From contig DGII01000036.1 in NCBI GenBank assembly GCA_002393095.1, forward strand, positions 4,808 to 68,807: DNA of 64,000 nt. Reading direction: 5' to 3'. The notes beneath the pieces were generated by a model, which saw only the letters and a list, made by a program, of their open reading frames with translations, did not search any database and was not told the origin of the DNA. Position numbers and translations under genes: made by a program. Origin of the DNA: Lachnospiraceae bacterium UBA3826. Its GTDB lineage: Bacteria; Bacillota; Clostridia; Lachnospirales; Lachnospiraceae. Within the stretch, counting starts at the first letter, position 1, and every line of letters starts with the position of its first letter. Shown here piece after piece: positions 19,168 to 28,740 of this stretch.

Positions 19168-20649
19168 CTAAGACAGTCCGACCTGCGCTACCTGCTTAAG
19201 AAAGTCCATGATATATGAACAGTTAAAGCCAAATGCGAATATCGCTATCGTGAATATGGTAAGAGGCAGCAACATTCTCCAGCCCGGATCATTAATATGA
19301 GAATTGACACTCATGTCATAATCGCCTCTGGGGAAGAAGGCTCTCACCATCATTGTCATCATATATATGGCGGTAAGTATGGCAGATATAAGCAGTGCCA
19401 CAACTCCCGCATACGCAAGAGGCATTCCTGTCTCTATTGCAGCCGCGGCAAGATTGTACTTGCTTATGAAGCCGCACAGCCCCGGCACGCCCATGACAGC
19501 CAGTCCGCTTACGGTGAATATAGTAAAAACCTTCGGCATCGCATAGCCAAGACCGTCCAGCTCATACACATATTCCCTTCCGGACCTCACGATCACGGCT
19601 CCTGCGCAGAAGAAAGCGCATATCTTCATCACCGCATGCATTATCATATGGCACAGGGCCGCCGTCATTCCAAGAGGAGTCATAAGAGTCACCCCGAATA
19701 ATATATAGGACAGATTGGCGATGGTAGAGTAGGCAAGCCTTCTCTTGATATGCGGCTCCTTCACCGCTCTGAAGCTTCCGTATACTATCGTGAATATCAC
19801 TACGCTCATTGTCACATACTGAGCCCATGTTCCTCTTATGAAGTCAGCGCCGAAGAGATAATATGTAAGTCTTATTATGGCAAAGGCTCCTGATTTGACC
19901 ACCGCAACCGCGTGTAAGAGTGCGGTGACCGGGGTAGGCGCAACACCCGCATCCGGCAGCCATGAATTGAAGGGACATACTGCCGCCTTTACTCCAAAGC
20001 CCATGAATGCGAACACATATATGAGCAGAAGCGTATTGCTCCTTGAACCCACCTTCGCCATATCAAGCACACCGCCCAAGGAGAATTCTATCGTGCTTCC
20101 GAAGCTTATGATGAATATCATTCCAAGGAAGGCGAACGCTGCTCCGCCAAGCGAATAATACATGTACTTACGGCTTGCAAGGATAGCCTTGCGCGTAAGA
20201 GTGTGCATGACAAGCGGCACCGTAACAATGGTAAGCAGCTCATAGAAGAAGTACATCGTAAGTATATTGGCCGCAAGTGCTATTCCGAGTGTCACTCCGA
20301 ACGTCATCGTGTAGAACATGAAGAATACCCTCTCATGCTCACCCTCCATGTATTCGAAGGAATAGAGTGTCGCAAGAGGCCAGAGTGCGGATATAAGTCC
20401 GGAGAATACCATACTCAGTCCGTCCATGCGAAATCCTATGGAGAGATTCCCCGGAAAGGTGACAAGAGTAAAGCACTCCGCTCCGGGGCTTAATATCATC
20501 CACCAGACCAGTACCGAGTTGATGAGCACCATAAGCTCGGTGAATATATGCATTTGTTTTTCATTTTTCCACTTAATGACGGGAATTAAAGCCCCTGTCA
20601 CCAAAGGAATAAGAACCGTCGCAAATATCATGTTGATCCTCTTAATCAA
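19168..20649 (-). CDS. MrpD/NuoL-family proton-translocating membrane subunit
   Basis: FFYELLT, KAAVCPFNSWLPDAGVAPTPVTALLHA, RRLAYST. Confidence 0.85.
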   Translation of the reverse strand: MIKRINMIFATVLIPLVTGALIPVIKWKNEKQMHIFTELMVLINSVLVWWMILSPGAECFTLVTFPGNLSIGFRMDGLSMVFSGLISALWPLATLYSFEYMEGEHERVFFMFYTMTFGVTLGIALAANILTMYFFYELLTIVTVPLVMHTLTRKAILASRKYMYYSLGGAAFAFLGMIFIISFGSTIEFSLGGVLDMAKVGSRSNTLLLIYVFAFMGFGVKAAVCPFNSWLPDAGVAPTPVTALLHAVAVVKSGAFAIIRLTYYLFGADFIRGTWAQYVTMSVVIFTIVYGSFRAVKEPHIKRRLAYSTIANLSYILFGVTLMTPLGMTAALCHMIMHAVMKICAFFCAGAVIVRSGREYVYELDGLGYAMPKVFTIFTVSGLAVMGVPGLCGFISKYNLAAAAIETGMPLAYAGVVALLISAILTAIYMMTMMVRAFFPRGDYDMSVNSHINDPGWRMLLPLTIFTIAIFAFGFNCSYIMDFLKQVAQVGLS

Positions 20650-20686
20650 TAATTAAGTCTGACTGTATCTGTATGCGGATATCTAT

Positions 20687-22033
20687 CTATATGAATATCT
20701 GTCGTATCAGCTCTATCACGGGTTCCGGATACAAGCCTGTCATAACCGACAGCAGCGTCAGCGTCGCTATGGGCAGCGCCATCAGAAGTCCCGGTCTGTA
20801 CCCCTTGATATCCTCTCCTGCATGGCTAAGCCTGTATTCCTCTCCCGGAAAGAATCCGATGATAGTAAGCTTAAGCAGATAGCCTGCGGTTAGCAGCGCA
20901 CTTATCAGAAGTATCACAGGCCCCAGATACGAGAATACCGGTATATCTGCAGACAGAGCTCCCGTTGCCAGATACCACTTGGATACGAATCCGCCTGTAG
21001 GCGGTATGCCGATAAGACCCAAGGCTACAATGGTATAGCATATCATGACAAAGGGCATCTTAAGCCCGATCCCGCGCATATCCTCAACCTTAACAGCCTT
21101 CGTATGATGTATGATCGCTCCTGCCGTAAGGAAAAGCGCCGCTTTGATAAAGGCGTGGGCCATTACATGCAGTATGGCTCCGGTCAGTGCATCGGATGAA
21201 TAGCTGATGGAGCTTAAAGCGTTGTCACTATCGTATACACCGAAGCTTACTGATAGTCCGAAAAGGATATAAGACATCTGACTTACGGTGGAATATGCCA
21301 GACGCTTCTTAAGTACAGGCTCTCTGTAGGCAAGCACCGAGCCCATCAGTACCGTTACCAGCGAAAGGCTCATGAATGCCGTCTGTACCGGACTGCCCTT
21401 AAGATTGATCGAACCCAGTACATACCACAGACTTCTTATGATTCCTAAGACTCCGGCATTGACCACGCATGCCGAGAGTACTGCGGAAGCCGGTGCCGGT
21501 GCAACGGGATGGGCGGATGTAAGCCACGAATGCATAGGCCACATGCCTGCCTTGACTCCAAAGCCCAGGATAAGCGACATGGCTGTTATCATCAGTATGG
21601 TGCCGTGCTGCTCCCATGTGGCGGCATCCACGCTGCCTCCCATTATGAAATCCAGACTGCCTGCGAATCTGCCTAAGTTATATATGCCAAAAAGAGCAAA
21701 ATAAGCCCCGAAGAGCGAGAAGAACATATACTTAAGGGCGGCCATCTTAGCCTCCTTCGTCCTGTCATGGATGACAAGAGGCATCGATATAAGCGTTAAA
21801 AGCTCATAACACAGATAGAACGTCACAAGGTTCGAGGCTGCGCATAGCAGTATCTCAACAAGCATCGAAGCGGCAAAGAACACACCAAAGCTCTTCCTTC
21901 GCTCCTTACCCTTCATGTAATCGAGCGCAAATATCCCGGCGCATATGAAGATCACAAGGGTAAGTACCGCGAAGACCGCACCTAACGGGTCCATATGAAA
22001 TTGAATAGGTAATCTGTCCATCATATCCGTCAC
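20687..22033 (-). CDS. MrpD/NuoL-family proton-translocating membrane subunit
   Basis: CYELLT, KAGMWPMHSWLTSAHPVAPAP, KRLAYSTVSQ. Confidence 0.85.
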   Translation of the reverse strand: MTDMMDRLPIQFHMDPLGAVFAVLTLVIFICAGIFALDYMKGKERRKSFGVFFAASMLVEILLCAASNLVTFYLCYELLTLISMPLVIHDRTKEAKMAALKYMFFSLFGAYFALFGIYNLGRFAGSLDFIMGGSVDAATWEQHGTILMITAMSLILGFGVKAGMWPMHSWLTSAHPVAPAPASAVLSACVVNAGVLGIIRSLWYVLGSINLKGSPVQTAFMSLSLVTVLMGSVLAYREPVLKKRLAYSTVSQMSYILFGLSVSFGVYDSDNALSSISYSSDALTGAILHVMAHAFIKAALFLTAGAIIHHTKAVKVEDMRGIGLKMPFVMICYTIVALGLIGIPPTGGFVSKWYLATGALSADIPVFSYLGPVILLISALLTAGYLLKLTIIGFFPGEEYRLSHAGEDIKGYRPGLLMALPIATLTLLSVMTGLYPEPVIELIRQIFI

Positions 22034-23544
22034 GCAAACATATCAAGCCCCTGTCTGATAAGCTCCACTATCGGATCAGACATGACTCCGAGAATAACAT
22101 TAAGTATCACGAAAGCACCAAGCACCGCACTGTATAACGGCACACTCCGCATATGCACCTTCTCATAGCCCTCTCTTCTGAAATTCTCATCCTCCTCTAC
22201 CGGCGTATATATCCTTATGACCGTCTTCATAAAGTATATGGCATTAAGGATGGTACTTATTCCAAGGACTATAAGCACCGGAAGCATCCTCACCGTAAGG
22301 TTGACCGCCGCCTCGGCAAAGAGCAGCTTGCTTATGAAGCCTGAGAATAGAGGCACACCCACCATGGACAGTGCCCCGACTGCAAAGGCTATTCCCGCCA
22401 TTCTGTTACGGTAGGCACTTCCTGTAAGCGGACCGAACTTCCTGCTGCCGTCGGATACATCGGTAAGTCCTATGGCAGATATGAAAAGAAGTGATTTGGT
22501 CGCCGCATGGCTTAGCATATGGAATATCGCAGCCACCATACCGAAGGCCGTACCCATTCCTATACCCATGAATATATATCCTATCTGTGCCACCGATGAG
22601 TAGGCGATCATTCGTCTTATATCATTTTCCCTGATGGCGCTTACCGAACCGAATATCATGCCCGAGAGTCCGAATATGAACAACACATCTATGATGCCGC
22701 TGTTTTTGTATATCTCAAAGCCTATTACTCTGTATATTATCTTGATAAGCAGGAATATATAGCCCTTGGACACAAGACTCGAAAGTATGGCGGCGCTTGA
22801 TACGGTAGAGTATCCGTAAGCATCCGGAAGCCATGCATGGAACGGGAAGAGCGCACATTTTATTGCAAGTCCCACGCTCATAAGCGCTATGGTGCACAGC
22901 AAGGGCTCCGGATAGTGTCCGGCACTGACAAGCCCTTCCACGGATTCCTTGATATTGCTCATAAGCAGATGTCCCGTTATGTCATAGAGGATACATATTC
23001 CAAGCAGGATCATTCCCGAACCGATAAGGCTCATGATCATATATCTGACCGCCGCCTCTATGGTACGTCCGTTCTCCCTGATCATTATCAGTCCGCATGC
23101 CGATATGGTATTGATCTCCACGAATACATAAGCCGTGAAAAGGTCGTTGGTATATACCAGAGCAAGCAGTGAGCTTAACATCAGTCCCACAAGCACATAA
23201 TACAGATTATGCTTACCTGTATTCACTTCATCATACAGCTTCTTGATACCGCCAAGCACCGACAGAAGCATCACTATGGAGAAGAAAAGTGCCATCCCCG
23301 CTTCCAGTATTCCCGCCCTTATCTCATTACCCCACGGTGCGGGAAAGTGTCCCATCATGAACACAAAGCTCTCTCTCGTTACGATAAGATTGCCCAGCAG
23401 CACGGCAGAAAGTCCTATGATTACGGTTATCACCACAGCATTAAGTACTCTGGCCGCCTTACCCGGAAGCACCGAGCATACGGGTCCTGAGAACATTGCA
23501 AGCATTATTGAGAAGAAGGGGAAGTTACGCACAAAGCCCATCAT
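22030..23544 (-). CDS. mrpD: Monovalent cation/H+ antiporter subunit D (MrpD/MbhH-like)
   Basis: DLFTAYVFVEI, KCALFPFHAWLPDAY, RRMIAYSSVAQIG; follows mrpC. Confidence 0.85.
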   Translation of the reverse strand: MMGFVRNFPFFSIMLAMFSGPVCSVLPGKAARVLNAVVITVIIGLSAVLLGNLIVTRESFVFMMGHFPAPWGNEIRAGILEAGMALFFSIVMLLSVLGGIKKLYDEVNTGKHNLYYVLVGLMLSSLLALVYTNDLFTAYVFVEINTISACGLIMIRENGRTIEAAVRYMIMSLIGSGMILLGICILYDITGHLLMSNIKESVEGLVSAGHYPEPLLCTIALMSVGLAIKCALFPFHAWLPDAYGYSTVSSAAILSSLVSKGYIFLLIKIIYRVIGFEIYKNSGIIDVLFIFGLSGMIFGSVSAIRENDIRRMIAYSSVAQIGYIFMGIGMGTAFGMVAAIFHMLSHAATKSLLFISAIGLTDVSDGSRKFGPLTGSAYRNRMAGIAFAVGALSMVGVPLFSGFISKLLFAEAAVNLTVRMLPVLIVLGISTILNAIYFMKTVIRIYTPVEEDENFRREGYEKVHMRSVPLYSAVLGAFVILNVILGVMSDPIVELIRQGLDMFA

Positions 23545-23915
23545 AAGCCCTCCTTCTTAAGTCTTGTTGATATCTCGTCCAGATTAAGCGTCCTGTATCT
23601 TCTGTAAAGCCTTATGGTAAGCGAAAGCATAAGGGCGGACACTGACACCGACACCACGATTCCCGTAAGCACAAGTCCTGCGGGGATAGGGTTGATATAT
23701 CTCTCCACCGAAGTCACTCCGTCCACCACTATAGGCACCGTCCTTCCGGTTATATATCCCTTCACCGCAAGGAAGAGGTATATGGATGAGTCCATGATAT
23801 TAAGTCCTATTATCTTCTTGATAAGGTTCTTCTGGAGCAGCAGATTGGCAAAGCCCGTGGCAAAAAGCGCCATGGCGATGACTTCCGCATAATTGGAAAA
23901 GAAATTTGCACCCAT
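23541..23915 (-). CDS. mrpC: Antiporter subunit C (MrpC/MbhG-like)
   Basis: NLIKKIIGL and NPIPAGLVLTGIVV motifs. Confidence 0.88.
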   Translation of the reverse strand: MGANFFSNYAEVIAMALFATGFANLLLQKNLIKKIIGLNIMDSSIYLFLAVKGYITGRTVPIVVDGVTSVERYINPIPAGLVLTGIVVSVSVSALMLSLTIRLYRRYRTLNLDEISTRLKKEGL

Positions 23916-23916
23916 G

Positions 23917-24882
23917 TTAAAAATCTCCCTTCCTGAACATCACATAGAACGTATACATGGTGCATGCCACCACAAGTCCCACGCATATATTAAGTATCAG
24001 TATAAGTCCGCTTGAAAGTATGGCCCCCGCGGTTCCAAGGGGTATATGACTGTCTAAGTGATTGGCACCGCAGTAGAAGGAATATGCCTTACACAGACAG
24101 TATGTAGTCAGGGCAAAAAAGCTTATCCACTTATATGTCTTCTCAGTGAAGAACCTCTCAGTCTTCATAAAGCCAAAGGCATTGAGATAGAGTATCAGTC
24201 CCGCACCTATTATGGCACCTCCTGAGAATCCGCCTCCCGGAGACAGGTGTCCGTTAAGTATCACATATATACCGAATACGATTATGATAGGCACCAGGAA
24301 TTTAGCCACAGTCTGCAATATCACATCATTCTTGGGCTCATATATGCGGTCACTTGATTCTTCCTTGTCCTTCTCATCCTTCTTATTGTGACGAAGAAGT
24401 ATGAGCACCGTTATCGTTGCCACGAAGAGCACGTTGGATTCACCGAAGGTATCGAACGCCCTGTAATCAAGTATCATACCCGTCACGATATTGACAGCGC
24501 CCGTCTCCTCCAAGCCCTTCTCTATATACCTTGCCGGCACCTCATTATTGGTGGGTCTGTCGGCCGCTCCGACCTTAGGTAAGAATGATACGCTGTATAT
24601 TAAGAGTGCGCCCAGTATGATGCAGAAAAGCACCGCAACCACTCTGTAGCAACGGTTAAAAAACCTAAGCAGCTTATTGGAGCTTTCATCATAAGCCTTC
24701 TCCTTGGCCAACTGCTTATCCTTCATTCGCTCTATCAGATCGGATTCATCCTCCATGGGAATGAGTAAAGACATGTCCATCTTAGTCTCATCCGGATAGT
24801 ATTCATCCTCACCCTTAAGCCATTTGAAAAAACGATATGCTTTTGTCTTACTGTATTCTTCGTCGCTTTTACGCCTGCTCAT
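23917..24882 (-). CDS. mrpB: Antiporter subunit B (MrpB; MbhE+MbhF-like fusion)
   Basis: NIVTGMILDYRAFDTFGE and GHLSPGGGFSGG motifs. Confidence 0.88.
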   Translation of the reverse strand: MSRRKSDEEYSKTKAYRFFKWLKGEDEYYPDETKMDMSLLIPMEDESDLIERMKDKQLAKEKAYDESSNKLLRFFNRCYRVVAVLFCIILGALLIYSVSFLPKVGAADRPTNNEVPARYIEKGLEETGAVNIVTGMILDYRAFDTFGESNVLFVATITVLILLRHNKKDEKDKEESSDRIYEPKNDVILQTVAKFLVPIIIVFGIYVILNGHLSPGGGFSGGAIIGAGLILYLNAFGFMKTERFFTEKTYKWISFFALTTYCLCKAYSFYCGANHLDSHIPLGTAGAILSSGLILILNICVGLVVACTMYTFYVMFRKGDF

Positions 24883-25180
24883 CGAGTCCGTCCACCTTTT
24901 CGGTATTGATATCCATATCCGACAATTCCTTTGTTCCCTCTTCTATGTTGATCGCATGTATCTTCTTAAGTGTCACGAAGAAGAGCACACTGGTAACACC
25001 TGCTCCCACGGCCGCTTCCGTGATGGCAAGATCCGGAGATTCCAGCGTTACCCATATGATAGACATGATAAGTGAGAATGACATATATATAAGGATGGCA
25101 TTAAGCAGATCCTTGGTCACGCTCACGCTCACAGCACATACAAGCAGAAAAACAAGCAATATTATCTGTAAAGTATTCAT
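24869..25180 (-). CDS. DUF4040/MbhD-like small antiporter subunit
   Basis: SPDLAITEAAVGAG motif, three TM segments. Confidence 0.85.
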   Translation of the reverse strand: MNTLQIILLVFLLVCAVSVSVTKDLLNAILIYMSFSLIMSIIWVTLESPDLAITEAAVGAGVTSVLFFVTLKKIHAINIEEGTKELSDMDINTEKVDGLDEQA

Positions 25181-25551
25181 AGTTCTTCCTTTTTTTCCGA
25201 TGCTTTATCATACTCAGCCTCAAGTATGCTCACATCCTCATACACCGTAGCTCTCTTATCTATATCCTCATTGGTAGTCACCTCAAGTCTGGCTAACAGA
25301 TGTGAGGCCACCGGAGATGAGAACCACAGGAATACCACTATAAGCACTATCTTAAGTGTAGTCATGTTAAGTCCCGAAAAGATCATAAGGCCCACAAGGG
25401 ACAGGCTTATACCAAGAGTGTCGCCCATGGCTGCCGCCTGCATACGGTTAAGAACGTAATTCATATGGAATACCCCATAGAGCTCCACCGTGAAGATGAT
25501 AAGCCCCGCAAGCAGGAAGGCCGCTCCGATCACAAGTCGTATCCATTCCAT
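25177..25551 (-). CDS. mrpG: Antiporter subunit G (MrpG/MbhC-like)
   Basis: NRMQAAAMGDTLG, SPVASHLLAR; start moved to MEWIRL, which has an upstream GGAGG. Confidence 0.85.
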   Translation of the reverse strand: MEWIRLVIGAAFLLAGLIIFTVELYGVFHMNYVLNRMQAAAMGDTLGISLSLVGLMIFSGLNMTTLKIVLIVVFLWFSSPVASHLLARLEVTTNEDIDKRATVYEDVSILEAEYDKASEKKEEL

Positions 25552-25552
25552 G

Positions 25553-25882
25553 TTAATCCTCCTCCTTCTTTTTCCTTGCCGCTTTTCTCTCTTCATATAT
25601 TCCTATATATACCTTGGTGATGACCACAACGGCTATAAAGCTTATCATGGCATAGATAAGCGATATGTCCACAAGATAATCCTCCTTAAGCAGAAGGGCG
25701 AGGGCTGTCATTATGACCATTACCATGGTTCCCATCATATTAACGGCCACTATCCTGTCCGCTATGCGCGGCCCTCTTATCGCCCTTATCAAGCAGGCAA
25801 AAAGCGCCAAGGCCAAGATCACTATGACGAACATATATATGGCTCTGTATGCTGTATCTATACTCATACTGCTTCCTTTCAC
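25553..25882 (-). CDS. mrpF: Antiporter subunit F (MrpF/MbhB-like)
   Basis: RAIRGPRIADRIVA, DISLIYAMISF. Confidence 0.88.
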   Translation of the reverse strand: MKGSSMSIDTAYRAIYMFVIVILALALFACLIRAIRGPRIADRIVAVNMMGTMVMVIMTALALLLKEDYLVDISLIYAMISFIAVVVITKVYIGIYEERKAARKKKEED

Positions 25883-26407
25883 TCAGTCCTTGTCCGCAGA
25901 CTCATTCTTCTGCGCTATCATATCAAAGCCGCCGAACTGCTTCTCCCACCTGTCCTCGAATTCGTGCAGCATCACACAGAATACCGAATCCTTTATTCCC
26001 AGGGCGAGACTTTTATCAAGGCAGTGCACCTTGAATCTGTTGCCCTCAACGGATACAGTTATCGTACCCGGAGTAAGCGTTATGCTGTTGGCTAACATCA
26101 TCCTGGCCGAATCCGTCTTAAGATCTGTTACAAAGCTTACAACGGCAGGCTCCACATCATATCTTGAGCTCATGATCATCCTTATGACCGAGAAGTTGGC
26201 CTTGACGATCTCCACTATAAGCACGGCGAAGTACTTCACAAAAAGACCCGCATTACGTGCCGCAAAAATGTCTATCCTTGGAGAATAATCAAGAAAATGA
26301 CAGATGAACCAATATACGCATCCGCAGATGACCAGCCCGAAAAGCGCGATCTCTGTCGTGAGCTTTCCGTTAAAGATTACCCATACGAAGAATAAAAATA
26401 AAAACAT
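25883..26407 (-). CDS. mrpE: Antiporter subunit E (MrpE/MbhA-like)
   Basis: EIVKANF, LANSITLTPGT, VHCLD. Confidence 0.9.
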   Translation of the reverse strand: MFLFLFFVWVIFNGKLTTEIALFGLVICGCVYWFICHFLDYSPRIDIFAARNAGLFVKYFAVLIVEIVKANFSVIRMIMSSRYDVEPAVVSFVTDLKTDSARMMLANSITLTPGTITVSVEGNRFKVHCLDKSLALGIKDSVFCVMLHEFEDRWEKQFGGFDMIAQKNESADKD

Positions 26408-26456
26408 TTATGATTTCTACCTATTATTTATGAACAAATATATTTACAAAGCAATA

Positions 26457-26485
26457 TTGACATTGTACACCTTATTTTTTAAAAT
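26457..26485 (+). promoter_or_regulatory. SigmaA-type promoter of the dut / Dlt-like operon
   Basis: TTGACA-N17-TAAAAT. Confidence 0.7.
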
Positions 26486-26538
26486 GCAAGTTGCAAGTAT
26501 ACAAAAAAGCAAAAGGTATACAAAGGGAGCGTAAAACA

Positions 26539-26973
26539 ATGGAAAAGATAAGGATAAAGTATTTCACCGATAAGATCGAAAAGCTTGCGTATATAGACGG
26601 CAAGTCCGACTGGATAGATCTTCGCGCCGCCGAGGATATATATCTGAAGGAAGGCGAATGGAGGCTTATCCCCTTAGGAGTAGCCATGGAGCTTCCCAAG
26701 GGATATGAGGCCCATATAGTACCCAGAAGCTCTACATACAAGAACTTCGGGATCATCCAGACCAATCATCAGGGTGTGGTGGACTGCTCATACTGCGGAG
26801 ACAATGACCAGTGGTACATGCCGGTGCTTGCCATGAGAGACACTCACATAAGCTTAAATGACAGGATATGTCAGTTCCGTATAATGGAGAACCAGCCCAA
26901 GCTCGAATTCGATGAGGTTACTCACCTTGAAGGCGCGGACAGAGGCGGCTTCGGCTCCACGGGCAGACAGTAA
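26539..26973 (+). CDS. dut: Trimeric dUTP diphosphatase
   Basis: [32 protein letters not shown] motifs; start moved to MEKIRIK. Confidence 0.93.
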   Translation: MEKIRIKYFTDKIEKLAYIDGKSDWIDLRAAEDIYLKEGEWRLIPLGVAMELPKGYEAHIVPRSSTYKNFGIIQTNHQGVVDCSYCGDNDQWYMPVLAMRDTHISLNDRICQFRIMENQPKLEFDEVTHLEGADRGGFGSTGRQ

Positions 26974-26982
26974 GGAGCGCCT

Positions 26983-28497
26983 ATGCATAACAATGTGACA
27001 GATTATCTTAATTCCATAGTGAAGAGCAAGCCTCACAAGGTTGCCTACAGCGACGGTACAGACTCTCTTACCTTCATGGACGTATATAACATAAGCGGTG
27101 CAATAGGCACATATATCGCAGGAAGAGGTATATATAAGAAGCCCGTTGTAGTCTTCATGAGCAAATCCCCCGCAGAGGTGGCCACCTTCTTAGGTGTTGT
27201 ATCGGCAGGCTGCTATTATGTGCCCATAGATGAAGAGATGCCATCCGAGAGGATACGCCTTATCCTTGACAATGTCTCATCTCCTCTTATTATATGCGAC
27301 AGCCTGACAGCAGAGGTCGCAGAAGGCTTTAAGAAGAATGACACCGATGTCATATTATATGACGATATCCGTTCAACTCTCCGTAATGACAGCGTGCTTA
27401 ATGACATTCATGACAGAGCAATTGATACAGACCCCATATATATAGTATTCACCTCAGGCTCGACAGGCGTTCCCAAGGGTGTAGCGGCTTGCCACCGCTC
27501 GGTGATAGACTATATCGAGCAGCTATCGGAGGTGCTGTCCTTTAGCGAGGATACTGTATTCGGCAATCAGTCTCCCCTGTACTTCGATGCCTGTCTTAAG
27601 GAACTGTATCCCACTCTTAAGTTCGGTGCCACGGATTATCTCATACCCAAGCAGCTATTCTCTACTCCCTATAAGCTTGTGGAATTTCTGAATGAGCACA
27701 GGATCAATACCATATGCTGGGTAGTATCCGCACTCACAATGGTGAGCGCATTCGATACCTTCGATGATATCAAGCCTGAGTATCTTCATACTATAGCCTT
27801 CGGAAGCGAGGTCTTCCCTGTCAAGCAGTTCAGGATATGGAGAGATACCCTTCCCAATGCTACCTTCACTAACCTCTACGGTCCCACCGAAGGAACGGGA
27901 ATGTGCTGCTATTACAGGGTGAACAGAGACTTTGAAGAGGGCGATTCCATCCCTATCGGCAGACCCTTTGACAACAGGGAGATACTGCTTATCAAGGATG
28001 ACGATACTCTTGCAGGTGACGGCGAAGAGGGCGAGATCTGCATTAGAGGAACCTCGGTTACTCTCGGATACTATAACGACCCCGAAAGGACAGCCGCAGT
28101 ATTCACTCAGAACCCGCTTAATACCGCCTACCCTGAGATAATATACAGAACCGGAGATATAGGCAGATACAATGAGCTCGGCGAGCTTATATACATATCC
28201 CGTAAGGATTATCAGATCAAGCACATGGGCCACAGGGTGGAGCTTGGCGAGATAGAAGCTGACGTGGATGCACTGGATGTCATAAGGATGGCGGCCTGCA
28301 TATATGACAATGACAAAAAGCTCATTATACTGTATTATATAGGAGATATAGAGGCAGCAGAGCTTAATAAGCTGCTTAAGGACAAACTGCCAAGGTATAT
28401 GCTGCCCGGCAGGACATATAAGCTTGACAGCATGCCCTTTACCGGCAACGGCAAGATAGATCGTGTTACACTTAAGAAGATGTACAAGGAGGCATAA
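26983..28497 (+). CDS. Stand-alone amino acid adenylation enzyme (DltA-like amino acid-carrier protein ligase)
   Basis: A3 YIVFTSGSTGVPKG, A4 FDAC, A5 NLYGPTE, A7 YRTGD, A8 RVELGEIE, A10 NGKIDR. Confidence 0.9.
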   Translation: MHNNVTDYLNSIVKSKPHKVAYSDGTDSLTFMDVYNISGAIGTYIAGRGIYKKPVVVFMSKSPAEVATFLGVVSAGCYYVPIDEEMPSERIRLILDNVSSPLIICDSLTAEVAEGFKKNDTDVILYDDIRSTLRNDSVLNDIHDRAIDTDPIYIVFTSGSTGVPKGVAACHRSVIDYIEQLSEVLSFSEDTVFGNQSPLYFDACLKELYPTLKFGATDYLIPKQLFSTPYKLVEFLNEHRINTICWVVSALTMVSAFDTFDDIKPEYLHTIAFGSEVFPVKQFRIWRDTLPNATFTNLYGPTEGTGMCCYYRVNRDFEEGDSIPIGRPFDNREILLIKDDDTLAGDGEEGEICIRGTSVTLGYYNDPERTAAVFTQNPLNTAYPEIIYRTGDIGRYNELGELIYISRKDYQIKHMGHRVELGEIEADVDALDVIRMAACIYDNDKKLIILYYIGDIEAAELNKLLKDKLPRYMLPGRTYKLDSMPFTGNGKIDRVTLKKMYKEA

Positions 28498-28500
28498 GCA

Positions 28501-28728
28501 ATGGAAGAATTAATGGAGATACTTACATCCCTTCACCCGGATGTTGATTTTGACAAAGAGGAGCATCTGATAGATGACAAGATCCTTGACTCAATGGATA
28601 TAGTAAGGCTTGTGACCGAGCTTACGGACAAGTTCGATATTAAGATCAAGGCCAAGGATATTATCCCTGAGAACTTCAATTCCGCTAAGGCGATCGGTGC
28701 ACTGATAGACAGGATCAATGAAGAATGA
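28501..28728 (+). CDS. Acyl/aminoacyl carrier protein (DltC-like)
   Basis: 75 aa acidic protein with phosphopantetheine site ILDSMDIV and PENFNS. Confidence 0.9.
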   Translation: MEELMEILTSLHPDVDFDKEEHLIDDKILDSMDIVRLVTELTDKFDIKIKAKDIIPENFNSAKAIGALIDRINEE

Positions 28729-28740
28729 TGAGGTGTTAAG

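Noticed and set aside
17201-26407. Membrane-bound hydrogenase or complex I
   Set aside because: No NiFe large/small subunit, NuoH-like subunit or Fe-S protein in the cluster.
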